Under the pieces are notes generated by a model. The model made no database searches and was not told the DNA's origin. It worked only from the letters and a program-made list of their open reading frames with translations. Source: an uncultured Erysipelotrichaceae bacterium (GTDB lineage Bacteria; Bacillota_I; Bacilli_A; RFN20; CAG-826). From it: a stretch of 64,000 bases of DNA. Positions 45,101-55,695 of the stretch are shown here, piece after piece. A program made the translations under genes and the position numbers. Each line of letters begins with the position of its first letter. The first letter of the stretch is position 1. The stretch covers positions 13,154 to 77,153 of the forward strand of contig CADCDA010000003.1 in the NCBI GenBank assembly GCA_902800025.1, in the 5' to 3' direction.

Positions 45101-46138
45101 CTAAGCTTTTTTACGATATTGTCTAAGAAAACGAATATCGTTTTGATAGAACTTACGAATATCGTCAATACCATATCTAAGAATAGCGACTCTTTCTATA
45201 CCAATGCCAAAGGCAAATCCGCTATAGACATCAGGATCATAGCCGTTCATCTTCAAAACATTTGGATGGACCATTCCACCACCTAAAATTTCAATATAGC
45301 CTGTGCCTTTACACATCGAACAGCCTTTACCGTTACAGTTAGCACATGTAATATCAACTTCAACGCTTGGTTCAGTGAATGGGAAATATGATGGGCGAAG
45401 TCTGATTTCTCTTTTTTCGCCAAACATCTTTTTCGCAAATAACTCTAAAGTTGCTTTTAAATGACCGATATTAATATCTTTATCGATAACTAATCCTTCA
45501 ATTTGAGCGAATTGATGTGAATGTGTCGCATCATCATCATCTCTACGATAGGTTTTTCCAGGACAAATAATTCTAATTGGTTTTCCTTCTGCTGCTTGCA
45601 TTGTATGAGCTTGAACAGGAGAAGTATGTGTTCTTAAAAGAACAGAATCAGAAATATAGAAAGTATCTTGCATATCTCTAGCAGGATGATCTTTTGGAAT
45701 ATTAAGTAATTCAAAGTTATATAAGTCGGTTTCAACTTCTGGTCCATCAGCGACTTCAAATCCCATATTTAAGAAGATGTCTGTGATTTCATCTTTAACA
45801 ACATAGAATGGGTTTTGACCACCGAGTTCCACTCTTTTACTTGGAAGTGAAATATCGATTGTTTCACTTTTGAGTTTCTTCTCAAGTTCTTCTTTACGAA
45901 GTTGATTTTCTTTTTCTTCGATTGCGGAAGCGATTTTCGCTTTCACTTCATTGAGTTTTTGTCCCATTTCTTTTCTTTCTTCAGGTGGTAAAGAACCTAA
46001 AGTAGAAAGTAAGGACATTAAAACACTTTTTTTGGCGAGGAATTTGATTTTGAGTTCTTGTAGCTTTTCAGAAGTACTAGACTCACCAATTTCATCCATC
46101 GCACTTTGATAAATTTCATTGATGTTTTGATTTTCCAT
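45101..46138 (-). CDS. pheS: phenylalanyl-tRNA synthetase alpha subunit
   Basis: Class II motifs: FRLRPSYFPFTEPS, GIGIERVAIL and a zinc knuckle CANCNGKGCSMC. No T-box leader: the upstream intergene is only 112 bp. Confidence 0.9.
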   Translation of the reverse strand: MENQNINEIYQSAMDEIGESSTSEKLQELKIKFLAKKSVLMSLLSTLGSLPPEERKEMGQKLNEVKAKIASAIEEKENQLRKEELEKKLKSETIDISLPSKRVELGGQNPFYVVKDEITDIFLNMGFEVADGPEVETDLYNFELLNIPKDHPARDMQDTFYISDSVLLRTHTSPVQAHTMQAAEGKPIRIICPGKTYRRDDDDATHSHQFAQIEGLVIDKDINIGHLKATLELFAKKMFGEKREIRLRPSYFPFTEPSVEVDITCANCNGKGCSMCKGTGYIEILGGGMVHPNVLKMNGYDPDVYSGFAFGIGIERVAILRYGIDDIRKFYQNDIRFLRQYRKKA

Positions 46139-46250
46139 TGTGCTATTTCCTTTAAATCGATAAAAAGTATATCATAAAAAAAGAGATTTGAAATATTATT
46201 TCATTTCCCTTTTTATCTAAATACTAATCGGAACACTTAAGTGTTCTTTT

Positions 46251-46967
46251 TTAATGAATTACATTCATTAATATTCCACCCGCTACCGAGACATTGAGAG
46301 AATCGATATTGGAGATAGGGATAATAACTTCAAGATCCGCTAATTTTCTTATTTCAGAAGAAACTCCTCGAGATTCATTTCCTAAAACAAGTACAAAACT
46401 ATCTTTGAACTTAACTTGGTCTAGAGGAAGAGAATTCTTTGAGAGGTTACTAACTATAATTTGATGTGTTCCTTTAAAAGAAGAAAGCTTTCCAATTCTA
46501 GTAGGAATCATAAAAATAGCGCCTTTAGAAGAATTGACAACTTTTTCATTATAGAAAGAAACCGATTTTTCACTAGCCACTACTAAGTCATAAGAGAACG
46601 CAAGAGCGGTTCTAATTAATGTTCCCATATTACCTGGATCAGTGATTTCATCAAGATATAAAACCTTCTTTGGTTCTTTAACCTCTTTTTCCACCATTTT
46701 CGCAATGAAAACAACGCCTTCTGGATTGACGTTATTAGAAATCTTTTTAAGGAGATCTTCTTTAACTAAGTATTGAGGTATTTCTTCAGGAATTTCTAAA
46801 TATTCAGTCGTGAATACTTCAACGACAACATTCGCTAAAAGGGCCATTTCAAGGGCTTTCTTTGTCTCAGCGAGGAACATTTTATGTTCTTCACGATACT
46901 TTTTCTCTTTTAAAGAAGCAGCAAACTTGATATGTTGATTATCTTTGCTTGTAATGACTTGAATCAT
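46251..46967 (-). CDS. TrmH/SpoU-family RNA 2'-O-methyltransferase
   Basis: SpoU methylase fold motifs: LDEITDPGNMGTLIRTA, LGNESRGVS and VAGGILM. Confidence 0.75.
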   Translation of the reverse strand: MIQVITSKDNQHIKFAASLKEKKYREEHKMFLAETKKALEMALLANVVVEVFTTEYLEIPEEIPQYLVKEDLLKKISNNVNPEGVVFIAKMVEKEVKEPKKVLYLDEITDPGNMGTLIRTALAFSYDLVVASEKSVSFYNEKVVNSSKGAIFMIPTRIGKLSSFKGTHQIIVSNLSKNSLPLDQVKFKDSFVLVLGNESRGVSSEIRKLADLEVIIPISNIDSLNVSVAGGILMNVIH

Positions 46968-47599
46968 TTGAATTCTCCTTTCCTAAGCTTATTATGTAAC
47001 GCGTCATAATCTGGGCAATACTTGTACACTACATCATAGAATGCTTTTGAGTGATTATAGACCTTAATATGAGCGAGTTCATGAACGATTACTGAATCTA
47101 ATATTGGTGTTGAATAATGAATTAATTGAAAAGCGAAAGTTAAATGTTTTGATTGTTTAGAATTGCTCCCATATCTTGACGTCATCTTTCTAATGGTGAC
47201 GCGATATGAAGGAAGATTCATTACTTTCTCATAATAGCGAACTCTTTTAGTGACAATATCAAGAAATATTTTCTTGAGTTTAGTTAATAGCTCTTCTTGA
47301 TTTTTATAATTGATTTGAGGATATCCTTCAATTCTTACCATTCCACTTTTAGCGATTTCAAATCTATCCCCAAAAAGATAAATATAATCATCACCAATCG
47401 CTTTGGTTTTATCACCTTTTTCAATAAGCTTAGCGGCAAATCTATCTAATCCACTCACCACTGTTCTTTTTAATGTTAATGGATGACAAGAAACATAAAA
47501 CTTCTCATCTTTATAACGATAATGGATGTTTTTAATTCTTTTATGAGTGACAATCACTTCATAGTCTTTATCATTTACTTTGTAAAAGAAATTATTCAT
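46964..47599 (-). CDS. DUF45/YgjP-like zinc metallopeptidase (HExxH)
   Basis: HELAHIKVYNHSKAF. Confidence 0.65.
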   Translation of the reverse strand: MNNFFYKVNDKDYEVIVTHKRIKNIHYRYKDEKFYVSCHPLTLKRTVVSGLDRFAAKLIEKGDKTKAIGDDYIYLFGDRFEIAKSGMVRIEGYPQINYKNQEELLTKLKKIFLDIVTKRVRYYEKVMNLPSYRVTIRKMTSRYGSNSKQSKHLTFAFQLIHYSTPILDSVIVHELAHIKVYNHSKAFYDVVYKYCPDYDALHNKLRKGEFK

Positions 47600-47656
47600 A
47601 TTCTCGCTTATTATATATTGATTAACTTTCTTTAGAAATATAAAATAACTGAGGTT

Positions 47657-48091
47657 ATGGAAAAAATATTAATCAGTGCGTGCTTAGTGGGCGATAAAGT
47701 GAGATATGACGGAAAGAGTCAATATCATCCTTTAGTTAAAGAATTACTTCAAAAATATGAATTAGTTCCTTTCTGTCCAGAAGTTGAAGGAGGTCTAACT
47801 ACTCCTAGAGTTCCTTCAGAAATTTCCAAAGGAAAAGTTCTTAATAAGGAAGGAAGAGATGTCACTAGACAATTTCAAACTGGTGCTGAACTTGCGCTTA
47901 ATATTTGTAAATATCTTCAAATTAAAATAGCGATCTTAAAAGATGGTTCTCCAAGCTGTGGAAGTTCTGAAATCCATGACGGTCGATTCACTGGAAGAAT
48001 GATTAAAGGAAAAGGAATCACCACCACTTTGTTGGAACAAAACGGGATTAAAATTTATAACGAAAACGAAATAGAGGAGTTACTTAAGTAA
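47657..48091 (+). CDS. DUF523-family protein (TudS-like)
   Basis: N-terminal MEKILISACLVGDKVRYDG with conserved Cys. Confidence 0.6.
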   Translation: MEKILISACLVGDKVRYDGKSQYHPLVKELLQKYELVPFCPEVEGGLTTPRVPSEISKGKVLNKEGRDVTRQFQTGAELALNICKYLQIKIAILKDGSPSCGSSEIHDGRFTGRMIKGKGITTTLLEQNGIKIYNENEIEELLK

Positions 48092-48102
48092 CCCCTCTTT
48101 TT

Positions 48103-48837
48103 TTATGCTAACTTATTAATCGCAACATTACTTGAAACTGTATCAGCTTCAATTAAATATTTACTTAACGATGGGTTTTCTGGTGTTCCAAAGTTATTTC
48201 TTAATGTTCCACTGATAGAATCAAAATTTACATCAAATCCTCTTTGTGGGTCTAATAGAAATGTGATATTTCCACTAACGGAATTTATTACGATTTTTTC
48301 TTCTATAGAAGTATTTCTAATTTCCATCGTAACTGTTCCACTAACTGTGTCAATGGTTGCTCTTTTATTACTTCCTAATTCAATTTGTCCATTTCCTGAA
48401 ACAACATTGATATCTAATTCCTTAACACTATCAAGATCAATCTCATAATTCCCAGAAACGATATCAAGGTTTAAGTAATCTAATTCATAGGGAACCGTAA
48501 TTGTTAAATTTTTCTTTGAAAAATCAATTTTATTTGTGTCGGTTCCACTTTTCAAACATTGAATAGTGAAAACTCCTCCTGATTCTGGGTCGTCAAATTG
48601 GTTCCAATAATATAAAGGATTATCGGTCTTTTCTTCTTCGATGATAAATTTTTCACCTTGAAGTACTTTAACTGACCCACCGATCCAGTTGACATTTAAA
48701 GTGCTGATTTTGTTTTCGACTTCAAAAGATTCGGAATATTCGGTGTATTTATCCGCATCTTGATAACTATAGTCCGCACTTATAGTGCAACCCACTAATG
48801 ATGGTAAAATTAATAACAATAATAATTTGTTTTTCAT
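48103..48837 (-). CDS. lipoprotein with DUF4097-like beta-helical repeats
   Basis: Lipobox LVGC, and a repeated VSGN..I motif. Confidence 0.6.
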   Translation of the reverse strand: MKNKLLLLLILPSLVGCTISADYSYQDADKYTEYSESFEVENKISTLNVNWIGGSVKVLQGEKFIIEEEKTDNPLYYWNQFDDPESGGVFTIQCLKSGTDTNKIDFSKKNLTITVPYELDYLNLDIVSGNYEIDLDSVKELDINVVSGNGQIELGSNKRATIDTVSGTVTMEIRNTSIEEKIVINSVSGNITFLLDPQRGFDVNFDSISGTLRNNFGTPENPSLSKYLIEADTVSSNVAINKLA

Positions 48838-48846
48838 ATTCGTTAA

Positions 48847-49629
48847 TTACTCCAAATAAATCTTTCTTAGTTTTTCAACATCAACTTCTAGTATATCTTT
48901 AATATAATTCATAATCGAACCATATTTATGATTAGCTTCTTTAACCGCACTATTAAGATAATCAACTTCAACTGCGAAAACTTCATCCATTGCTTTTGAA
49001 TATTCTTCATTGAAGAATGGTCTGTTTTTCACTTGTTTTTTCATATTTTCTAATCGCGGTATCATCGCTTCATTTGTTAATAAATAATCATTAAGAGCGT
49101 CTTCATGAGATACTCCTAATGCAATTTCTAGTAAATACGCCGCAATTCCTGCTCGATCTTTCCCCTGAGAACAATGGAAATACACCACTCTTTTATCATC
49201 TTTTAATAATACTTTAAAAAATTCTTTATACGCTTTTGTCCCAGCTTTAGTAGCAAGTGATTCTTTATAAATTCGACACATATGACCATATCCATCCGTG
49301 GAACCTCCAAGAAACCATAAAAGATTACTATCATCAAATTCGTTTGATCCTTTTAAATCGTTATCCATAGAATCGTCGAGAACTGGAAAATTATGATATG
49401 TCACACCTTTGAACTTATGGTCTGGTCGATCAGTGAATTCTGCAGGAGAACGAAAATCAACAATATCAGTGAGATTTAAAGATTTGATTTTTGCGATATC
49501 TTTTCTAGAAACATGGCCTAAAAAACCACCACGAAAAATTCTTCCTTCTTTAACCTTCTTTCCGTTAAATCCAGTTAGTCCACCGATATCACGAACGTTT
49601 TTTTGATAATCTAGTTCAATTTTTCTCAT
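48847..49629 (-). CDS. protein-tyrosine/dual-specificity phosphatase (CX5R)
   Basis: Active site FHCSQGKDRAG. Confidence 0.75.
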   Translation of the reverse strand: MRKIELDYQKNVRDIGGLTGFNGKKVKEGRIFRGGFLGHVSRKDIAKIKSLNLTDIVDFRSPAEFTDRPDHKFKGVTYHNFPVLDDSMDNDLKGSNEFDDSNLLWFLGGSTDGYGHMCRIYKESLATKAGTKAYKEFFKVLLKDDKRVVYFHCSQGKDRAGIAAYLLEIALGVSHEDALNDYLLTNEAMIPRLENMKKQVKNRPFFNEEYSKAMDEVFAVEVDYLNSAVKEANHKYGSIMNYIKDILEVDVEKLRKIYLE

Positions 49630-49691
49630 ATTTATAAATATAGCACCAGCCGAATATGAATTGTCTATATAATTTGATATAATCAGACATT

Positions 49692-50216
49692 ATGAAGAAC
49701 TATGTTTATATAATTTATTTTTCTATTATGCTTCTGATGCATATATTTATTATTTTGCTTGCTTTGCTTTGGAGAAAAAATAGATTTCGTAAATGCATTC
49801 ATAAAACTTCAGCCGGAATAGGTTTATTCATCGGCTCTATCTTGCTTGTAATTGGCGAATCAATAGGTTTGTATTTTGATAACGATATAAATGGCATTTT
49901 ATATTCCGTGATAGGATATGCTTTTTTGAGCATTACGTTTTTTGTGATTATTTGCTATTTTATGACATTTTGTATCTACATTGATGGAAATTATGTTGTC
50001 AAAAGGTCTTTGCTCAGAAAATCGAAAATTTATTTAAAAGAAAAAAGGTGCATAATTAAGTTAGATGGGTTAACTGTGAGGGTTATTTCTCAAAAAAATG
50101 GCATTAATATTTCGTTTTACACAAAAAGAATAGAAGGGGATTGGGAATATTTTATATATAAATGCAAAGAAATAGCATATACAGATTACGACAACAAAGA
50201 TAATAATATAAATTAA
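49692..50216 (+). CDS. hypothetical membrane protein
   Basis: Three or four predicted TM helices. No motif. Confidence 0.5.
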   Translation: MKNYVYIIYFSIMLLMHIFIILLALLWRKNRFRKCIHKTSAGIGLFIGSILLVIGESIGLYFDNDINGILYSVIGYAFLSITFFVIICYFMTFCIYIDGNYVVKRSLLRKSKIYLKEKRCIIKLDGLTVRVISQKNGINISFYTKRIEGDWEYFIYKCKEIAYTDYDNKDNNIN

Positions 50217-50282
50217 CTACTTTTATATATTTAAAAATCTAAATTCTATATAACATTTTTTATTCTTCTCTTTTTCATTTCA

Positions 50283-50318
50283 ATATAATTGAAGTTGTGC
50301 GATAATTAACTAGGTAAA
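50283..50318 (+). promoter_or_regulatory. ackA promoter (TTTCAA -17- TGcGATAAT extended -10)
   Basis: Sigma-A-like hexamers at correct spacing, followed by RBS AAGGAG. Confidence 0.45.
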
Positions 50319-50334
50319 TTAAGGAGATAAAATA

Positions 50335-51531
50335 ATGGCAAAAGTATTAACAATCAACTCCGGTAGTTCAAGTTTGAAATTCAAACTCTATGAAATGCCT
50401 GAAGAGAAAGTTTTATGTTCAGGTAACTGCGAGAAAATTAAATTAGAAAAAGGTATTTTTACTATTAAGTATGGTGATAAAAAAGAAGTCAGTGAACCTG
50501 CTTTCCCAGATCATCAAGTCGCCGCTCAAAAAGTCGTCGACGAACTCTTAGCAAAAAAGATCATCTCAAGCTATGATGAAATCAAAGCTGTTGGTCATAG
50601 AATCGTTCAAGGTGGAAAATACTTCTCACATAGTGAAATGTTTAACGCCGATACAGAAGCAAAAATCGAATCTTTGATTCCTCTTGCTCCACTTCATAAC
50701 GCTGCTCACTTAACATGCTTTAGAGCATTTAAAAAAGTTCTTCCAAATTGTCCAATGGTGGCTGTCTTTGACACCGCATACCATCAAACAATGGAGCCAG
50801 AAGACTATGTCTTCCCAATCCCACATGAATTAACTGAAAAATATGATATCCGCCGTTATGGTGCGCACGGTACATCACACAACTATTTAGCGCTTGAAGG
50901 TGAGAAATATCTTAAAGACACTGAAGGCAAGAGAATCATTTCTTGCCATATCGGTTCTGGTGCTTCTATTACCGCGATTAAAGACGGTAAATGTGTAGCA
51001 ACATCTATGGGCCTTACACCTTTAGGTGGAATTATGATGGGAACAAGAACTGGCGATATGGATCCAAGTGTTTTCAACTATGTTGTTAAAGTCACTGGTA
51101 AATCTGCTGAAGAAGTTTATCAAATGTTTAATAAACAAAGTGGTTTTGCAGGTATGTCCACTGTCGGTCCAGATAGCCGTGATGTTTTAAAGGCAGTTGA
51201 AGAAGGAAATGAACACGCCATCTTAGCAAACAAAGTTTTCAATAGAAGAATTGCGGATTTCATCGGTCAATATTATGTCCGTTTAGGTGGAGCAGACCTC
51301 ATTATCTTCTCTGCTGGTATCGGCGAAAACGAGCCAAGAACTAGAAGAGATGTTTGTAAACTCATCAAAGATGCTTTAGGTGTTGAAATCGATGAAGAAC
51401 TCAATAACACAATCCATGGAAAAGAATGTTTAATTTCTACTCCAAATAGTAAGATCAAAGTCGCTGTCATCCCAACCGACGAAGAAGTGATGATTGCACG
51501 TGATGCTTACAATATGACAGTTGGAAAATAA
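50335..51531 (+). CDS. ackA: acetate kinase
   Basis: N-terminal VLTINSGSSSLKF and HLGSGAS-type motifs (HIGSGASI). Confidence 0.9.
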   Translation: MAKVLTINSGSSSLKFKLYEMPEEKVLCSGNCEKIKLEKGIFTIKYGDKKEVSEPAFPDHQVAAQKVVDELLAKKIISSYDEIKAVGHRIVQGGKYFSHSEMFNADTEAKIESLIPLAPLHNAAHLTCFRAFKKVLPNCPMVAVFDTAYHQTMEPEDYVFPIPHELTEKYDIRRYGAHGTSHNYLALEGEKYLKDTEGKRIISCHIGSGASITAIKDGKCVATSMGLTPLGGIMMGTRTGDMDPSVFNYVVKVTGKSAEEVYQMFNKQSGFAGMSTVGPDSRDVLKAVEEGNEHAILANKVFNRRIADFIGQYYVRLGGADLIIFSAGIGENEPRTRRDVCKLIKDALGVEIDEELNNTIHGKECLISTPNSKIKVAVIPTDEEVMIARDAYNMTVGK

Positions 51532-52531
51532 TATGAAATTAGAAAAAGAAATCGCTGAACTTGGAAAAAAGTTCAAAAAAGAAAATCTCGAATTTGAAAA
51601 GCTCGTACGCGAATATGACCGCATCGCTATTTTTAGACACATCATGCCTGATTATGATGCGCTAGGTACTCAGCTTGGTTTATATCACTTTATCAAAGAT
51701 AACTTCCCACAAAAAGAAGTCATTGTTTTAGGTGATAACCACGTGACATTCACTCCACGACTTTTCCAAGAAATGGATAAACCAACTGATGATTGGTTTA
51801 ATAAACCATTCCTCGCCATTATTTGTGATGTTGGTGCGAAAAAAAGAATCGCTGATCCTCGTTTTGAAAAAGCAGAAAAGATTATTATTGTTGACCACCA
51901 TCCAAAAGTGGAAGAACTCGCTAATGTCGATATGGTTGATACCACTAAGTCTGCAGCAGCAGAATTCATGGTCTCTCTTTTACTTAACTGGAAACATAAA
52001 TATGTTTGGGGAAAAGATGCTGCTAGCAATTTCTATATTGGTATGGTAGGAGACAATGGAAGATTCCAATATAGCTCCACTAACGCGCATACATTTAAAA
52101 TTGCCTCTCATCTTATCGGATGTGGCATTTGCTTAAATGATATTTATGGAGCGATGTATCTCAAACAAATCGATGACCTTAATGTCACCGCTTATATTCT
52201 TAACAATTTCAAAATCTCTCCAAAAGGTGTTGCCTATTATATCCTAGACGATAAGATTCAACGCGACTTAAAAATCACCACTGAGAGAGGAAAAGAAAAT
52301 GTTAACCTATTCTCAAATATCAAAGGAATTAACATTTGGTGCTCTATTACTCAAGACACAGATCCAAAAGAACCATGCTGGAGAATTTCCATCCGTTCGC
52401 GTGATTATGTGATTAATGGAGTTGCAACACAGTTCGGTGGAGGCGGACACGCTCAAGCAAGTGGCGCAAAAATCACCACTCTTGAAGAACTTCCAGAATT
52501 CATCGCTGCTCTTGATGCACTTATTAAATAG
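51521..52531 (+). CDS. DHH/DHHA1-family phosphoesterase (NrnA-like nanoRNase/pAp phosphatase)
   Basis: IIIVDHHP DHH motif and GGGGHAQASG DHHA1 motif. Confidence 0.75.
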   Translation: MENNMKLEKEIAELGKKFKKENLEFEKLVREYDRIAIFRHIMPDYDALGTQLGLYHFIKDNFPQKEVIVLGDNHVTFTPRLFQEMDKPTDDWFNKPFLAIICDVGAKKRIADPRFEKAEKIIIVDHHPKVEELANVDMVDTTKSAAAEFMVSLLLNWKHKYVWGKDAASNFYIGMVGDNGRFQYSSTNAHTFKIASHLIGCGICLNDIYGAMYLKQIDDLNVTAYILNNFKISPKGVAYYILDDKIQRDLKITTERGKENVNLFSNIKGINIWCSITQDTDPKEPCWRISIRSRDYVINGVATQFGGGGHAQASGAKITTLEELPEFIAALDALIK

Positions 52532-52658
52532 TTAAATTGAGTCACTTCATTGTGGCTCTTTTTTTATTCTCAAATACTTTATCCTATTTCTCGAATTTAT
52601 ATATAAAAGTCGCCAATAACTTATTTTATTTAGCGCGCATTTAGACTATAATGTCTAT

Positions 52659-55600
52659 ATGTTTGCTCCACTTAGAATCATTTCTGGATATTCCTTCTTA
52701 AAAAGCGGCTTAACAATTGAAAAAATCGCTGAATCAGTCGCTAAAGAAGGCTTTTCCGGTGCTGGACTAGCGGACTCTAATTATTTATATGGGGTTCCTA
52801 GTTTTATTGAAGCAATGGAAAAAATCAAAAAGGGTTATCTTATCGGATTAGAACTAAATATCGAAGATAACTTTTATGTCTTTTATTGTTACTCCGAAGA
52901 GGGATATCGTAATTTGCTTAAAATAACTTCTTTAGTGAGCAAAGATGAATTCTCCTTAAATGTTTTAAAAGATAACCACCAGGGACTTATTGGAGTGCTA
53001 GAAACAAATTATGGGAAATTCAAAGAAGAATTCTCAAAAGAAGCAACTGTTGAATTCTCAAAATATTACGCGAAAATATCTACTTTAGTAGATAAATTCT
53101 ATCTAGGACTTGAAGTTACTAATAAAAAAGAATTCAAAAGAGCACAAGAAATTAGAGAGTTCGCTACCGAACATGTTTATGACACGATTGCTTTCCCACG
53201 GATCAAATATCAAAAGAAAAACGATGCGATTATTCTCACGATTGTTAATGCGATTGATAAAGATGAAAAGATTGATGTTAAGGAAGACACTGGTGAACAA
53301 TATTTCCACGATATAAATTATTATTCAAAACTTTACACAAAAGTCGAACTCGATAGAACTGAAGAATTCATCAAAATGTCTTCGTTTAATTATCATCAAA
53401 AAAGAGGCGGTATCGCCCACTACCCTGTTAAAGATTCAATCCAAGCATTAAAGGAAAACGTTTATCAAGGTTTAAAAGATAGAAATATCGCTGATGATAA
53501 ACATATTCAAAGAGCGAAATATGAATTAGAAGTTATTACTTCTATGGGATATGCAGACTATTTCTTAATTGTCGCCGATTATGTAAATTACGCTAAAACA
53601 CACGATATCTTAGTTGGCCCAGGTAGAGGTAGCGCTGCTGGCTCTTTAGTGTCTTACGCTTTAGGAATCACCGAAGTTGATCCTTTAGATTATGATTTAC
53701 AATTTGAAAGATTCTTAAACAAAGCTCGTAAGAGCATGCCTGATATCGATATCGACTTTATGGATATCTCTAGAGATCAAGTTATTAACTATGTTAAAGA
53801 TAAATATGGAGCGGATAAAGTCGCTAATATTGCTACTTTCCAAACCATTCAAGCCAAACAAGCCTTAAGAGATATTGGAAGAATCTATAAAATTCCTACT
53901 CGACATATCGATTTATTAAGTAAATCAATTACTGATAAAACTACATTAAGAGAAGCTTATAAGAAACTTCCTGCTTTTAAAAACCTCGTTGATAGCGATA
54001 AGTATTTCTTAGAAATCGTCTCTTTAGCAAATAAGATTGAAGGTCTTCCTCGTCAAGCCGGACTACACGCTGCTGGTGTTGTTTTAAATGACACCCCAAT
54101 TGAAAGCGTTTTACCAGTCACATATGACTATGATGGAAACATTTCTTCTCAATATGAAAAAGATTATCTTGAATCACAAGGTTTCTTAAAAATGGACTTC
54201 CTTTCCTTAAGAAACTTAACCACTATTGATTATTGTTTGAAGTTAATTAAAGAAAACACAGGAAAATCATTATCTTTTTATGACATTCCGCACAATGAAA
54301 AAGAAATCTTTGATTTAATTAGAACTGGTCAAACTATCGGTTTATTCCAAATCGAAAGTGCGGGTATGAAAAATGCGATCAAAATCATTCAGCCAAAAGT
54401 CTTTGATGATATTGTCACTTTGCTCGCTATTTTTAGACCTGGTCCAATGGATAACATTAAAGATTATCAAGCAAGAAAAACTGGGAAAGTTAAAGTCCAA
54501 TATTTGAGTGAATCTCTTAAAGAGATTTTATTACCAACTTATGGTGTTCTTATCTATCAAGAGCAAATCAATAAAATCGCTCAAGTCATGGCGGGATATG
54601 CTCCAGAAGACGCTGATTTATTTAGAAGAGCAATTTCTCATAAAGAAAAAGATGTTCTTGCTAGCAATAAGAAGAACTTTATTGAAGGTTCTATTAAAAA
54701 CGGATACAAAGAAAAAGATGCCGAAAAGATGTTTAACGATATCTTGAAGTTTGCGGACTATGGCTTTAATAAATCACACGCCGTTGTCTATGCGATTATC
54801 GCTTGTCGAATGGCGTATCTAAAATATCACTATCCATTAGAATTCTATGCTTCAATTCTCACCATCAGTAGCGGTACAACCGATCATAAATTCTCAGACT
54901 ATGTCGCTGAAATAAAAGCGAGAAAATATCATGTTTATCTTCCAAATATCAATGTGAGTGATAAGAATTTTGTTATTCATAACAACGGATTACTATTCCC
55001 ACTTAATATGATTAAAGGAATTAATGAAGGAACGGTTAATAAAATCATCGACGAAAGAATTGAAAACGGCAAGTATAAAGACTTCTTTGATTTCGTTTCA
55101 AGAATGTATCATCTCGGATTAAAAGAAGATGCCATTTTGAAGTTTATTGATTCTGGAGCTTTAGATACTTTGCATTCTTCTAGAGCTAGTATGAGAAACA
55201 CTTTACATTACGCTCATCAACTCGCCGAGCTTTCCTATGATAACAACGGTCAACTCATTTTGGATGCAACGTTAGAAAATCAAAAGCAATTCCTTCCTGA
55301 TGTTGATATTCCTCTAGTGAATCTCAATTTAGAATATGATTCCTTAGGAATTATGCTTTCTGATAATCCATTAAGATATAAAAAAGACTTATTAAATTCT
55401 CATCATGTTATTAGTTTAATCGATGTGAAAGAAAGAACTGATAAAGTTACTGTCGCTGGAATCATTTCTAATGTTAAAACCATCAAAGTAAGAAAGAATA
55501 ACTCCACTATGGCGTTTATCAAAATCTTTGATGAAAGCGACGAATTAGAAGTGACTATTTTCCCTAGAGTCTATGAAAATAGCTTTGCTATATTAAATAA

Positions 55601-55691
55601 AAACAATATCGTCCTTGTTAAAGGAAGATACGAAAAGAAGGATGAAAAAGAAAGTTTCATCGCTGACGAAATAAAACTATTAGAGGAGTAA
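52659..55691 (+). CDS. dnaE: DNA polymerase III alpha subunit (DnaE-type, PHP domain)
   Basis: N-terminal PHP domain (MFAPLRIISGYSFLKSG), catalytic PDIDIDF, and 1010 aa. Confidence 0.9.
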   Translation: MFAPLRIISGYSFLKSGLTIEKIAESVAKEGFSGAGLADSNYLYGVPSFIEAMEKIKKGYLIGLELNIEDNFYVFYCYSEEGYRNLLKITSLVSKDEFSLNVLKDNHQGLIGVLETNYGKFKEEFSKEATVEFSKYYAKISTLVDKFYLGLEVTNKKEFKRAQEIREFATEHVYDTIAFPRIKYQKKNDAIILTIVNAIDKDEKIDVKEDTGEQYFHDINYYSKLYTKVELDRTEEFIKMSSFNYHQKRGGIAHYPVKDSIQALKENVYQGLKDRNIADDKHIQRAKYELEVITSMGYADYFLIVADYVNYAKTHDILVGPGRGSAAGSLVSYALGITEVDPLDYDLQFERFLNKARKSMPDIDIDFMDISRDQVINYVKDKYGADKVANIATFQTIQAKQALRDIGRIYKIPTRHIDLLSKSITDKTTLREAYKKLPAFKNLVDSDKYFLEIVSLANKIEGLPRQAGLHAAGVVLNDTPIESVLPVTYDYDGNISSQYEKDYLESQGFLKMDFLSLRNLTTIDYCLKLIKENTGKSLSFYDIPHNEKEIFDLIRTGQTIGLFQIESAGMKNAIKIIQPKVFDDIVTLLAIFRPGPMDNIKDYQARKTGKVKVQYLSESLKEILLPTYGVLIYQEQINKIAQVMAGYAPEDADLFRRAISHKEKDVLASNKKNFIEGSIKNGYKEKDAEKMFNDILKFADYGFNKSHAVVYAIIACRMAYLKYHYPLEFYASILTISSGTTDHKFSDYVAEIKARKYHVYLPNINVSDKNFVIHNNGLLFPLNMIKGINEGTVNKIIDERIENGKYKDFFDFVSRMYHLGLKEDAILKFIDSGALDTLHSSRASMRNTLHYAHQLAELSYDNNGQLILDATLENQKQFLPDVDIPLVNLNLEYDSLGIMLSDNPLRYKKDLLNSHHVISLIDVKERTDKVTVAGIISNVKTIKVRKNNSTMAFIKIFDESDELEVTIFPRVYENSFAILNKNNIVLVKGRYEKKDEKESFIADEIKLLEE

Positions 55692-55695
55692 CATC